A DNA stretch of 63,473 bases, counting the filler, from Octopus bimaculoides (lineage: Eukaryota): assembly GCF_001194135.2 (NCBI RefSeq). It is 4 parts of 4 records of this genome, joined end to end, with 100 filler letters (N's around TTAATTAATTAA, not from the genome) between each part and the next. Parts side by side here need not be neighbours in the genome. Positions count along the whole stretch, not along the records: positions 1 to 29,586 come from NC_068990.1; 3 more parts are not named here. One strand, 5' to 3'. Of the stretch, positions 12,045 through 25,055 are shown one piece after another; position 1 is the first letter of the stretch; every line of letters begins with the position of its first letter. The position numbers were made by a program, and so were the translations under genes. The notes beneath the pieces are model-generated. The model did not search any database and was not told where the DNA came from. It was given only the letters and a program-made list of their open reading frames with translations.

Positions 12045-14444
12045 TGAGAGAGAGAGAGAAAGAGTATAAAGACAATTTATTGGCAAAGCACTTCAATAAA
12101 CTAAACAGTTAGATCTGAGAAAACGATGGCGGTCTGCGTCGGCAATTAATGAGTGTAAGTTGTTCAAAAGTGGGCTGATTTTTTCCTCTTCCTCACACAA
12201 ACTAATTCACAACGTTTTTTAATAAGAGATTTACGCAGAGTATTTTAGGGTCGGTGTACGTATTTACGCAAAAGTCAGTCGAATAATATATAAGATTTGT
12301 CGGCATCCTTAACAAATGGCTGTTTCAAAATGTAGGCTGATTTAATTATTTAAAAGGCGTTTGAAAAAAAGAATTATATAAAAATACTGGGAAGAGGGAG
12401 ACAGAAAATGAAAAAATATACATAAACAGATACTTCCCTTCTTATATTATTTTATAGAAAAAATTCTGAAAAATGGGGGCAGGTCATAAGCAAAATGTTT
12501 TTAGAACTGTTCTCAGCATAAACTATACATCTGGCATTGTTGTTTATTCAAAGAACGATTCCATAGACAATGGGGGAATGGTTGATTATGCAGTTATTGT
12601 GTTCTTAATAAGACCCTTGTTTAATGCAACTAATACTTCGTTTTTTCTTTTTTAATTCATAATGTTAAAAACTAATGTTTTATTCCAGGAAACTTTTTAA
12701 CAATATAGGAACAAAAAATTGCTTCACCATCATATCCTAGCCTCGAGCAGACAAGACCTATTTTTTTTTTTTTCTTACCGAGTAGCCATATTTTAATCTT
12801 CCTGCTAATTTGTAAATAATCCTCATTTCCTGTTAACATCTATGAGACTTTTCGTTTCTTTTTCGTTTCTCTTTCGTTTCTCCCCCTCTTCACTACTTAA
12901 TCCTGTTCCTCAGTCCGCTTCCATGATAAATAAGTATATTTATTTAATCCAATAAGCACATTTGAAATATTACCGTACTTAAAATCGATTAACTCGGACA
13001 CATGATCCTTTTTCATTATTTCATATTTTTCTTCTCAATCCCAGAATTCCCCTCCAATTTTTTTCCTTTACTCATCTCCCACATTCACCATCTCTTACTA
13101 TCACCACTTCTCAGTACCACCATCTCTTCTTTTCTTTCTCTGTCACACCACCACCTGGGTCTTGTATGCAGTTAGCGGAGTCCACTCTATTGCTAATATT
13201 CGGGTTACATTTCCGGTCTGGAGATAACTTCCTCTCTCCGCCGCCACACTAGTCACATAGAGACCCTGAAATGGTTCACTGATAACTTCCTTCTCTGAAT
13301 AAGTCATTCAAAAACAAATTCATTATTCTGATTTTAAATAACAAACATTCAAACTGGATTCTTAACACTTTCAAGTAGAAATTCTTATTATGTAACAAAG
13401 ATAAATAAATCACGGAGCTTGAAGTGTCAGCACTGAAGGAAGCCATTGACGCCATCCGAGGTCGGTTAGTTAGTGTTAGCACATTTACGACATATGCTAT
13501 TAAAAAACTAATGAGGAATAATTATATCTTCAAGCAAAAAGAAAAATTACATTAATTAATAATCTTTCAAATATTTTCGTTTTTCCGGCTAGTACGGGAG
13601 ACAACTTTGGATGCGTTTCGATATTATTCTGACGTCATGAACAAAGCATAACCTCGATTAAAGAATTGTAGTGATAAAAGACAGCAGATAACTCAAAGAG
13701 GTTAGTTTAGTTCAAGTAAGTGTGATCCTACGTTGATGACAGCAAGAACAACAACTTTCTAACAAAACTTGGCTACTCGTAACATGCTTCATTCACAACA
13801 TCTAACAAATGAAGTATATCAAAGTCAACGATGATGGCTTTCTTTAGGGATTGTGTGGTGAACATTCTTTTCAATAGAGCGGAGACCTAAACGATGAAAA
13901 TGGATTTTCGTGACCACAGCGATAGTACGTTCACCAGGCTTTTCAGAACGGCTTAAAATAAATAGCTCATGGCGTGATTATAAAAGGATATTTATGGACA
14001 CTTTTCATCCACCTTTCCTATTGTTGTTCAATGTAGGATAGGCTTTGCCTCACCGTTGTGCTGGACACTAGGCCACATCGGATGTTTTGCTTCGGACATT
14101 TCTACATCTTGATAGAGGATGAGAAAATCACTTGCCTACCTTGATGATATTGGAAGAGACGCTCAACATGGCATTGGCGACCTACCACACTTGACGGGAG
14201 ACACGGCGTGTGATGAAAGGTAGAAGAAGCAAGAAGAAGCAAGAAGAAGCAAGAAGAAGAAATATACCACATATACCACGTTATATAATAGTTAGCATAA
14301 TAACAGAAAATTGAAGTATATCAGTTCTTTAAAACTTCACACACGGTAACTTAAAACCAACCGTTGGCGGTTACAAAATTGGTTTCATGTAGTTAAATAA
14401 CTAATTAAGAAATCTAATTTAATCACCAAATCGCTGTATAACCA

Positions 14445-14479
14445 TGACCACAACCATCACTACAACTATACTACTACTA

Positions 14480-14521
<42 letters not shown>

Positions 14522-14550
14522 TGTTGCTACTGCTGCTGCTACTACTACTA

Positions 14551-14613
<63 letters not shown>
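14445..14613. repeat. Compound (CTA)n/(CTG)n trinucleotide microsatellite
   Basis: Read directly. Confidence 0.95.
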
Positions 14614-16119
14614 TCAGTCGCACTAACCCTGATGGATGTATTTAGTACGCAGGTCGGCCTTAATAGGATAAAACTATGCTGAAAGCTGTTTCACCTATAT
14701 ATTTTTCAGACATTATGTATCTTGGATTATATCATTCAATGTATCCTCCCATTTTTAAGAAGTGGGGTTGATTTGAGAGAGCTTTGCTTGCTGCTTCGAG
14801 CATATCAAATGACCAAATAAAGACATCCTCTACACTTGTCATGTCCCAATTCAGCGAAAAGGTACGGTGGTATTCTTAAACTCGATGAAGTTGTGTGAAT
14901 ATCAATACAGACTTCTGCTTTGTTTTATGAGCCGGGTGTAAATCAGGACGCTACCTGAATTACCTCAGGTTATTAAATTCTGATGTGGTAACCATTAGTC
15001 AGACCAGACTTTCGGAGACACGTTTACGCATTCACCTTCTAGCCGACTACTAGACCAACGCCTCTTTTGGTGGACACAGAGCGAATGGTGAGAGAGAACT
15101 GCTACAGAAGTGAAGAATGTAGAGATAGGCTCAGTTCTAGCTATACCCGAAGGGTAGATTGGTGTTCTGAAATGTGAGCGCAGTGGAATTGGCAGTGACT
15201 GGTAACTAGTTGTCTTCTGATAAAGGCTACAAAGGTGGATTTCTTCGGGCGTCAGGTAGCTTTGCTAGGATCTTGCTTAAAGCTGTTAGGATGACTGGAA
15301 TGGCATCTAAGACGCACGTAGAGCTTGGGTTGCAAAAGCATATGTTAGAGAGTGTGTAAGAATTCTGTAGCTTCCCTTATCTTGCTGATATCGTCTGGGT
15401 TACCTAACACAAGGAATAGTGTAAATTGTTCATAGTTACAAATAGTTGATTATACAGACTAAATGTTTGTGATCGGTGTGGTGGATTTAGACAAGGATTT
15501 AATAAAATAGGATTCCGAATCCTGGAAACAGAATGCATCGTATTTCAGGGACACGATTAGTGAATTAGTTATGCGGGAATTGACGCGTGCAATTATAAAG
15601 TAATGGGTCTTACAAAAAAGGATAATCTGTCAGGATTAGCGATCATGTAATAAGAATGGATACAAGATTAGAAGAGTTTGTCAACCGATTAAAAGAGACG
15701 AATAGAAAATGTTTTGCTTACGACGGGCTTGTATCGAAAAGGGCCTTTGATCACTTCCTCGGAGCCAATAGAGATACGTTGGAGCAAAAGCTGTTTGAAT
15801 GGCCCGTGTAGAAGAGATGCAGTGTAACAACAAGACTACGATTCTAGTACCAGTTGCAACAGTAGCAGCAGACTTGCGGCATGATCTGGTGTTAATACTC
15901 CCCTGTTGCAACAAGATATTGCATCTGGGATGCAATAACCATGGAAAACCGCTCTACATTGTGTAGATGACGCATGAAATACCAAACTGGGCTGGTTGTT
16001 GAAGTGGTGTGCAGCGGACATTCCCACGAACCATTCCCAAATCACCATAAAAAATACACATCTTTCACTCAAGTGACATTTTTTTCTCCCTGCCACGCTA
16101 TCTTTTACTCACTCCCCAC

Positions 16120-16375
16120 TCTCTTTCTCTTTCACTCTCTGTTTCTCTCTCCCCCTCTCTGTCTTTGTCTGCCTGTCTCTGTCACTGTCTGCCTGTCTGT
16201 CTGTCTCTCTGTCTGTCTATCTGTCTGTCTGTCTATCTGTCGCTCTCTCTCTGTCTTTCTTTCTCTCTCTCTTTCTCTTTGTCCCTGTCTATCTGTCTGT
16301 CTGTCTCTGTCTGTCTTTCTCTCTCTCTCTTTCTCTCTGTCTCTGTCTATCTGTCTGTCTGTCTCTGTCTGTCTT

Positions 16376-16407
<32 letters not shown>

Positions 16408-16561
16408 AAGCTGTTAAGTTGCCCGCCCGCCCGCATTGAATTACTAATCATTCCATATTGCATTGCACATTGTTGTTGATGTAACAGGCTTCATTACAAT
16501 AGCAGCAGCAATAGCAACAACAACAGCAGCAGTAGTAGTAGCAGTGGAGATGGTGGTAGTG

Positions 16562-16622
<61 letters not shown>

Positions 16623-16800
16623 GCAGCGGCGGCGGCGGCGGCGGCGGTGGTGGTGGTGGTGGTGGTGCTGCTGCTGCTGCTGCTGAATTAGCAGTAGGTA
16701 GTAGTAAAAGTAGAAGTAGCCGTGCTGTAACTGTCTTTGCTGCTGCAGTTGATGCTGTTGCTGTTGTTATTGATGGTGGAGATTACGTAATGTTTGTGGT
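16120..16800. repeat. (CT/CTGT)n tract followed by compound (GCA)(GTA)(GGC)(GGT)(GCT) trinucleotide array
   Basis: Read directly. Confidence 0.95.
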
Positions 16801-17109
16801 GTTGCCAGGGTAACCGCAATGTTTGTTGACGTAATCAAAAATTTTGTTGACAATGTTGTTGTAGTTCACGTTGCAGTAGTCATCGCTGCTGTTCTTGTCA
16901 CAGTTATTGCTGTTTGTTGTTGTTGTGTTTTTATGTTTATCTCTAGGTAAGACCTGATCGAACCGATCTATAATCGATTATGTCCTAAACTTGATAACCA
17001 TGTCCTTTTATACATCAATAGGTTTACCCGTCACCAGGCCTAATAACCCCACATGGCTCTTCCATACCATTAGATGAGTTTACAGGATCTTGCAAACAGT
17101 CGTTCCTGG

Positions 17110-17696
17110 TCTCTGACCCGAGGATGTCCCTAGCCCTCCTTATAACCAGTCTTGGAGGCTTTAGAAAAGATGATGAATCTTCCCTTTTCTCTCAGATTAA
17201 GGCATTATAAAATTATTTTAAAATCTTAAGAATACATTAACCAAACTGTCCAGAGTATCTCTGACCAGAGGATGTCCCCAGCCCTCCTTATAACCGATCT
17301 TAAAGGCTTTAGAATGGACGACGAACTTTCCCTTTTCTCTCAGATTAAGGCAGCATAAAAATTATTTAAAAATCTTCAGAATACATTAACCAAACTGTCC
17401 AGAGTATTTGTGACCTGAGGATGTCTCCAGCCCTCCTTATAACCAGTCTTGGAGGCTTTAGAAAAGACGACGAACCAACCTTCCTATTTCTCTCAGATTA
17501 AAAATTATTTAAAAATCTTAAGAACACATCAACCAAACTGTCCAGAGTATCTCTGACCTGAGGATGTCTCCAGTCCTTCTTATAACCAGTCTTGGAGGCT
17601 TTAGAAAAGACGGCAAACCTTCCCTTTTCTCTCAGATTAAGGCAAAATTATTTTAAGATCTTCAGAATACATTAACCAAACTGTCCAGTGTATCTC
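17110..17696. repeat. Tandem array of four ~143-149-bp units
   Basis: Units start at 17110, 17259, 17408 and 17551 (CTCTGACC.GAGGATGTC..GTCCAGAGTAT). Confidence 0.95.
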
Positions 17697-18365
17697 ACGG
17701 AAATCTAAAGACGGCGTTCAGGTTTCTGCCGTTAGTTCACTTGCCCTTATAGTTGTTACTATTGCTGCTACAATTGTTGTTGATTCTGCTGTTGTTTATG
17801 TTTATGTTAATCTGTTTTGGTTTTATTTTTCGGTTTTCTCTTTGTTGTCTTCTTGAGAGAACGAGAGCATCCCACATGCCAAAAATGACAGCTGTTTTAA
17901 TTCAGAAAGTGATATGGAGATAAACATCTCAGATTTCCGGTAAAGACTCTTTTTATTTGTTCTTTTTTCTTTTCCTTTTTCTTTTTTTAAAAATATTTCA
18001 GTTCTAATTTGTATGCATGTAATCATGCATACAAGAAACGCAATATGGCCGATTAGACAATCATTCATTCGTGTACAAGTTTTAATCATTGTACTAAGGC
18101 CGTGTTGGGACACTGCCTTTAAGGGTTTTAGTCGATTATATGGGTGCAATATTTCGCTTAGTATTTATTTTATGGACCTTAGAGAAGGACAGAAATAGGG
18201 ATTATCTGAACTAAAGAGGGAGCTACAGGAACAAAATTAGGGCCAATTATTTTCTCACGACATATCGTATTTTTTTAACCATCCTGCACCGACGCATACA
18301 CACATATCGACACAAACACAAAGATATAACTACATGTGTGTGAGTGTGTGTGAGTGTGTGCGTGT

Positions 18366-18563
18366 ACAAGGCTTCACATTTTGGGGAAGGGATTAAGTCG
18401 ATTACATCGACTCCAGCGCGTAACTGGTACTTATTTAAACGATCCCGAAAGGATGAAAGACAAAGTCAACCCCGGCGGAATTTGAACTCAGAACGTAGTG
18501 ACTGACGAAATATCGCTAAGCATTTCGCCCGGCGTGCTAACGATTCTGCTGGCTCACCGCCTT
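18366..18563 (-). mobile_element. SINE family A
   Basis: Reverse-complement match to the other family A copies over the full length. Confidence 0.85.
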
Positions 18564-19077
18564 ATACGTTATTACAATAAAGAAAACTTCCTCAACAAAA
18601 TTGCTCTAAGTCAGATAAAGAATCACACACGTTACAAAAGTTTCTAAATAGCCAGTCGCTTAATATACATAATGTAGTAGTTAATCTCATTCACCAAACT
18701 TGAAATAGAATTCACATGTGTCAAGTCTTAAATTTAAAGATGGAAAACCTACTGAACAAACAGGATGACCAATTGTAAAAGCAACATTTAAAAGATTATT
18801 TTAATCAACTTCTGAGCCACAGTTCCGCCCAAACAGACTTATTCAAGGTAAAAAAAATAAAAGCAAATTCTAAAACTAGAATATTAAAATACTTAAGTTA
18901 ATGTTAGCATATTTAATGCAAGAATATTAAAAACTAACATAGAGTTATTAAATGGTGACGAAAATATATAGACAGACAGACAGACAGACAATTACGTTGG
19001 TATAAAAGTAAACTAAAAATGATTATGCGAGCAACAAAAGATATTAGCAAATAACTAATCTAATATTTGTCCATTGT

Positions 19078-19222
19078 TAGTTCAAATGCTGCCGAAGTCG
19101 ACTTTGCCGTTTATCCTTTCGAGATCGATAAAATAAGTGCTAGGAGAGAACTGGGGTCGATATAATCAACTTATCCCCTTCCTCCGAAATTGGTGGCCTT
19201 GTGTCAAAATTTGAAGCCAATA
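19078..19222 (+). mobile_element. SINE family A, 5'-truncated
   Basis: Body and tail similarity. Confidence 0.7.
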
Positions 19223-19544
19223 TTTCTCCATTATTTCTGCAAGAACGGGAGACAATTCTGGACATATTTCTATATTACTATGATCTCATCAGTGGGGCNN
19301 NNNNNNNNNNNNNNNNNNNNNNNNNNNNNNNNNNNNNNNNNNNNNNNNNNNNNNNNNNNNNNNNNNNNNNNNNNNNNNNNNNNNNNNNNNNNNNNNNNNN
19401 NNNNNNNNNNNNNNNNNNNNNNNNNNNNNNNNNNNNGAGAGTAACTTTTGACATTTCTAAATGTTGTGCGAGTTTAAAACAAAAATAAGACGAAAATTCC
19501 GAATAGGTGTGGTTTTGGTTTTTGTATTTATTGTTTATTATTCT

Positions 19545-19756
19545 TTAGCGAGCTGGTAAAATCGTTAGCGCGTCGGACAAAACTGCTTAGCGGCATTTCA
19601 TCCGACTTTACCCTCTGAGTTCAAAATCCTGCAGAGATCAGCTTTGCATTTCATCCGTTCGGTGGGTTGATGACATATGTACTAGTTAAACACTGGGGTC
19701 ATGTATTGAGTAACCCCTTTATCCCAAAACTTCAGTTCTTGTGCTTATTGTAGAAA
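19545..19756 (+). mobile_element. SINE family A, diverged
   Basis: Head GCGAGCTGGTAAAATCGTTAGC and body similarity. Confidence 0.75.
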
Positions 19757-21699
19757 GAAAGAGAATATTGTTTACCTCCAGGTCGACCCTGATCGAGCAG
19801 ACTTATGACCAAAGGTGTTGCGGCTATGAAAAAACGTTTTTATATTCAGAAATAGTACATCTAGGCTTCCCTTCTTAAAAGACGGTAGGGAGTGATTTGA
19901 GGAAATGTAGCTTCTACTTCTAGCAGGTCAAGTGATACATTTTCTTTTATTCGTCACGATGCACTTTTGAGAAATATATTTTGGCGCGCTTTGTGCGTTT
20001 GAAGACAAACGATCATTTAAGAACGCTATTTATATATTTTATCCTATAAATATAATGAATTTAACGCACAGAAAATTATGAAGTACTTACATCTTTATTC
20101 AATAAATGAAGTATAGTTATCAGGACTATTTTTAACCCATTTACAGCCAATTTGTTTTATTCATATTTTTTGGCTTTGCCAAGTGTCTTAAGATAATATA
20201 TTGTATTTAAATTTTCATCATTTGTGAATTATTTTGGAAATTATGATAAATTTTTCGAAAAGTCTCAAATGGGGATCGCTGAAAAAAAGCATATTTATCC
20301 TTTTCTATTCAATTGCAATAATAAACATTTTAGTTTTTCTGAAAACTATAGTATCAAATGCGAATGTGTATGAAATATCAATGAATGATATAGATGGGAA
20401 ATGTAAAACAAAGAAAGGAAGAAAAAGAAAAACGTTTTCAAAACAGTCAGTATTTTTGTAGTTCAAAACTTGCGATTTATGACATAAAATGTCCTCTAGA
20501 ATTAGCCAGAGTTAATAATGACAAACTTTAACTACTAAATATTGTTAAATACACCTCTGCAAGTGCAGAGTGCATAAACAATTCACTTTAAATACAGCGA
20601 ACAACCGACAGAGAGACTGTTTTTAGCAGACCCCCAAATCGGCTCATAGCAGGCAATGGGCTAAAACCAGTTTGTATTTTTCACATTTATAAGTATAATT
20701 CCTTATGCTCTGTATCTAACTACATCATGCGGAACACCATTGTATTGTAGGACACCGTTTTGGAAAAACTAACGCAAATCTCACTTCGTAAACAAAAGAT
20801 TGTGGGTTCAATTCCCAAACCTAGTGGCGCGATGAAGTCTCAAGTAGTTCACTTAAATTCATGTTACTCTAGTACACTCAGACGTAAATAACTTAGGAGT
20901 TGTGTTGGTGCAGTCTTCTCCCCCTCCAAATATCACATCGTGGATGTTTCATTGGGTCAAGGCTAGGGGAAGGGGTGCCAAGACGATTTCTATGTCTGCA
21001 CGCGACTACAGAGGCACCTAAATCAATTAGCGAAAGCATAGTACATGCTACCAAGCCATTCTCACCCGTGAGTGACGGTTAGATATATTTCAGGTTTTAA
21101 TTTACTTATAACATAGATAACAATTTCTAGCACGAATTTTATACATGCTCTATAGCCTCTCAACATCATTTCTTCTCTTCTATAATTTCTCTCTGCTTTT
21201 CTTTTTCTCTGTATCATCTTATCCTTTCTTCACTCATTTGTACTTGCTGCGAGGAGAACCGTTACGCTTCAACTGTTAACATGTCCCTATCAAGTATTGC
21301 TTACATTAATATCTAGACATCTCTCTTGTTACAGTCAGGGGAGCCAAATAGCCGTAATGGCGAAGATAGTAATGAACATTAGCTAGAATTCTTTATAAAA
21401 ACAATCTGAAATGTTAGTTGGCGCATTGGAGAGTTGTTAAAATATTAGATATATTACCTCGCGCTGTTTGTTCTGATCCTCTTCGTTCAAATCATGCCAG
21501 GCTCAAATTCGCCTTTTGTTTTTAGTGGGTTAATTTCTTTAAAAAAAAAACTATCAATTTAGGACAGAAGCTTTGCGTCCTGACAACTTCACCTACGATA
21601 TCATCGGAACCAATCTGTATCAGTCTTCAAAAGACGGTCTTTTTCTTTGGACAATATCGGCATCGTGAAGAGAGAAAACTTACATCAAAGGACAAGAAC

Positions 21700-22013
21700 C
21701 AGTCAAACACACGCACTCACAAAAATAATAAATGCCCTGGCCTGCTCAAAAAGTTGCAGATATTTGGTCAACTCTGACAGAGGCCATATATAAACCAAAA
21801 AAGGCCAAACAACAATGAAACTTTCCTTGATGGAATGAAGACTTGTGTCAGCGTGGGTGGTGACTCTCTGAACACTTGCTGCAAGAAGCGCCCACCGTTT
21901 CCACATCTGTGGGAAAGAGTGTAAATCCTTAGCAGGACTGAAAAGCCACACCCACGCTGCTTTAAGTGAACAATGGAGCTACAGTTTTCTCGACATTGGG
22001 TAGCAGTCATCAT
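21700..22013 (+). mobile_element. RTE-like LINE 3' end with C-terminal zinc-finger-like motif, followed by a (TATG)n array
   Basis: KVADIWSTLTEAIY.. then HICGKECKSLAGLKSHTH. The short 3' UTR ends GGTAGCAGTCATC and runs directly into TATG repeats (22014-22362). Confidence 0.6.
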
Positions 22014-22099
22014 GTGTGTATGTATGTATGTATGTATGTATGTATGTATGTATGTATGTATGTATGTATGTATGAATGCATGTATTATGTGTGTGTGTG

Positions 22100-22131
<32 letters not shown>

Positions 22132-22362
22132 TGTACGTACGTATGTACGTATGTACGTATGTATATTATGTATGTATGAATGAATGTATGCATGTATTAT
22201 GTGTGTGTATATGTATGTATGTATGTATGTACGTACGTATGTACGTATGTACGTATGTATGTATGTATGTGTGTTTATGTATGTATGTATATATGTTTGT
22301 ATGTATATATGTATGTATGTATGTATATATGTATATATGTGTGTATGTATGTATGAATGTAA
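22014..22362. repeat. (TATG)n array with an internal ~110-bp higher-order duplication
   Basis: The block TGAATG..ATGTATTATGTGTG..TACGTACGTATGTACG occurs twice (~22070 and ~22180). Confidence 0.85.
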
Positions 22363-22735
22363 GTACGTGCTCATGGAGTTATTTTTGATTTTCTACCGAA
22401 CAGATTCCATCACACCTCACGTCTTCTCTTCTGGATATCAAGAAATATGTAACCCTTCGTCGTAATTTGACCCGTCCTTCTTAATCCAGCTTTACTCGGG
22501 GACAACATATCAATTTTGTATCGTTCCATTGTGCTCTCCATCCACTCCAGTCTGCCACACTATCACAATGTTCGATCATTCCATCACGTATTTTAGAATT
22601 TCTATTTTTAAACTCAGATATTTTAAAAATTCTGTTTGCTCGCGATTGGAGCCATTAATTTATTTGCAGTTTTCGTTATTATTAACATCCGTATTATTTT
22701 TTTTTTTATTCATCTATAAATAATCCAACCACAGA

Positions 22736-24000
22736 AGACATTGTTGGAAGAGGGATTTGATAGAATATCAGCAAGGGACATGAAAATGATGACTGGTGAT
22801 TTAAATCCGAAAGCTGGCAATAGCAACAAAAATATGGATCAGACGATCAATATGAATGGGCCTGGAGATACTAATGAGAATGTTGTAAGACCTATCAGCT
22901 TCCTTTAGCCAACAATTTTATCATAAGGGACATTTTCTTTAAACACTAGGATATATTATAAATAAGGGCCCTTGTTATTCATTGAAGAACTAGCAAGAGC
23001 CATTGAACAATTGAACGACAATCAGAAAGGCTCCGAGGTTAGATGGAATTGCAGAGGAAATTCTAAAAAGAGATAAGCACATAATTGCAATAGTAATACT
23101 AAAGCTGTTTCGTAATATATGGAAGATTGAAAAGATATCTAAAGAGTGGAAGCTCAGTGTAGCGAATGGGATATCAAAATCGCATGATCTCAGAGAGTGG
23201 CAACTGGAGGAGTATGACTGATCAGCAAGTTCTTTTTTAAAGGATTCGGTTTGGTTTGGAAATATACCAAGATATGAACACATAGGCTTACTGTGGTCAT
23301 TAGGTTGTAGTGACAAGATATTTTGCCTACAGTAGAAAGAGATGCCACTTCTAATTGCCTCTTCTAGCTTCTTAANNNNNNNNNNGATCAAATTCAGACA
23401 GCCCTTGATAAGACTTTGATAGACACTGAAACTCTGAAAGGTTTTGGTATTGTACATAGGGTTGTTATTTAGAAGGTACTACATTATGATTTGCCAGAAG
23501 AGAAGGGCAATCAATTACAGGAATCATATCGAAGTAAATGTTAGGTAAACATAGACAGTCAATGAATTTGAGTATAGGGATGGGGCACTGCAAAGAGATG
23601 TTCTATCGCCTTCCTTGTTCGCTATTTTTATAAACAACATATGAAAGAAACAATCGGATACATAAGAGAAGGAGATGAATAAATTTGTAGAAAGTATTTG
23701 GCATATTTAAATTATGGTGATGAAATTGTTTTGATTAGAAATATAACACATGAAATTCAATGACTGATGTAGACTCTTGATAAAATAGGTAAAGGTACAG
23801 GCTAAAATATATATTAAAACTAAAAAAAAAACCCTAATATGACGAAAACAGAGCAAGCGGTCAGAAGAAAAGTACATACCAGAGGAGAAAAAATATTTTG
23901 GAACATATATAAAGTGATGGATCTTTAGAAAATAAATTTAATGAAGGATTGGGGGGGAGGGGGGAATCTAACAATGGCAATGCTTTCAAATGAGTGAAAA
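22736..24000 (+). mobile_element. Decayed RTE-like LINE (APE endonuclease plus RT relic)
   Basis: MKMMTGDLNPKAG..GPGDTNEN (APE GD(F/L)NAKVG region), DGIAEEILK..LKLFRNIWKIEKISKEWK (RT entry) and YGDEIVLI (YADD equivalent). Many stops and frameshifts. Confidence 0.75.
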
Positions 24001-24327
24001 ATTACACCGATTGGCGGTTCATATGAAAATTAAATTGTAGACATCACAAGAAAGAAATGTCTTAATTTACTGTTAATTTACTGAAGAGATTATGGCATAG
24101 TAATTCTGAAGTTAGAACATTATGAAAGGGATCAAATGACGTTAGAGGGAAACATATACATACATACATACATACATACATACATACATAACATACATAC
24201 ATGCAGGCACACACACACACACACACACACACCTCACCACCACCACTACCACACACGCATGTGTGTATGTATGTACTGCTACCAACATTTGGTTCCTATA
24301 TATGTGTATATATATATATATACACAG

Positions 24328-24362
<35 letters not shown>

Positions 24363-24765
24363 TATGCGCGCGCACACACAGACAAACATAAAACGTATTG
24401 CGTGTATGTAGGAAGATAGAAACGTATACAGGTTCTGTTCCTCTTCTTTTCTTCCTCCTCTTATCTTCACTGCTTCCACATTTACATCTTTATCGTCTGT
24501 CCTTTCATCTATTTGCACTCCTCATCCTACATTTATTCTCCCTTTCATCTAAGTATAATACACCCCTCGTACAGACGTACCCCACGTCTCCAATTACCCC
24601 ATATATCTCAATACTGCTGTTCGAGAGGATCGTCACTCTATAAGTAACATTACTGAATTTCTTTGTGGAGAAAGCAATGAAATGGTGGATTTAGACATAA
24701 TGTTCGAATGATATCTTTTTGCACTCAGTTGTAATTACAAAGGATGTAGCCCATTAGTCACTCAC

Positions 24766-25055
24766 TGTTGTTGTTGTTGTTGTTGTTGTTGTTGGCACTC
24801 CGTCGCTTACGACGTCGAGGGTTCGAGTTGATCCGATCAACGGAACAGCCTGCTCGTGAAATTAACGTGCAAGTGGCTGAGCACTCCACAGACACGTGTA
24901 CCCTTAATGTAGTTCTCGGGGATATTCAGCGTGACACAGTGTGACAAGGCTGACCCTTTGAAATACAGGTACAACAGAAACAGGAAGAAAGAGTGAGAGA
25001 AAGTTGTAGTGAAAGAGTACAGCAGGGTTCACCACCATCCCCTGCCGGAGCCTCG
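24766..25055 (-). mobile_element. SINE family C, 5'-truncated, with (CAA)n tail
   Basis: Near-identical to 35351-35618. Confidence 0.85.

Noticed and set aside
13409-13460. Protein-like ITELEVSALKEAIDAIR followed by a GT donor
   Set aside because: An in-frame TAA (13406-13408) lies between the nearest AG and this frame, and there is no other support.
14119-14223. Short ORF containing AYLDDI (RT active-site-like)
   Set aside because: No other RT motifs lie in register upstream or downstream, and a 6-residue match can occur by chance.
17110-17696. CRISPR-like appearance of the 149-bp and 14-bp arrays
   Set aside because: There are no unique spacers, no cas genes, and the context is eukaryotic.
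23326-23375. Exact 50-bp duplicate of 29507-29556 interrupting the RTE relic
   Set aside because: It ends at an N gap and splits an otherwise colinear RT, so a local mis-assembly is the simplest explanation.
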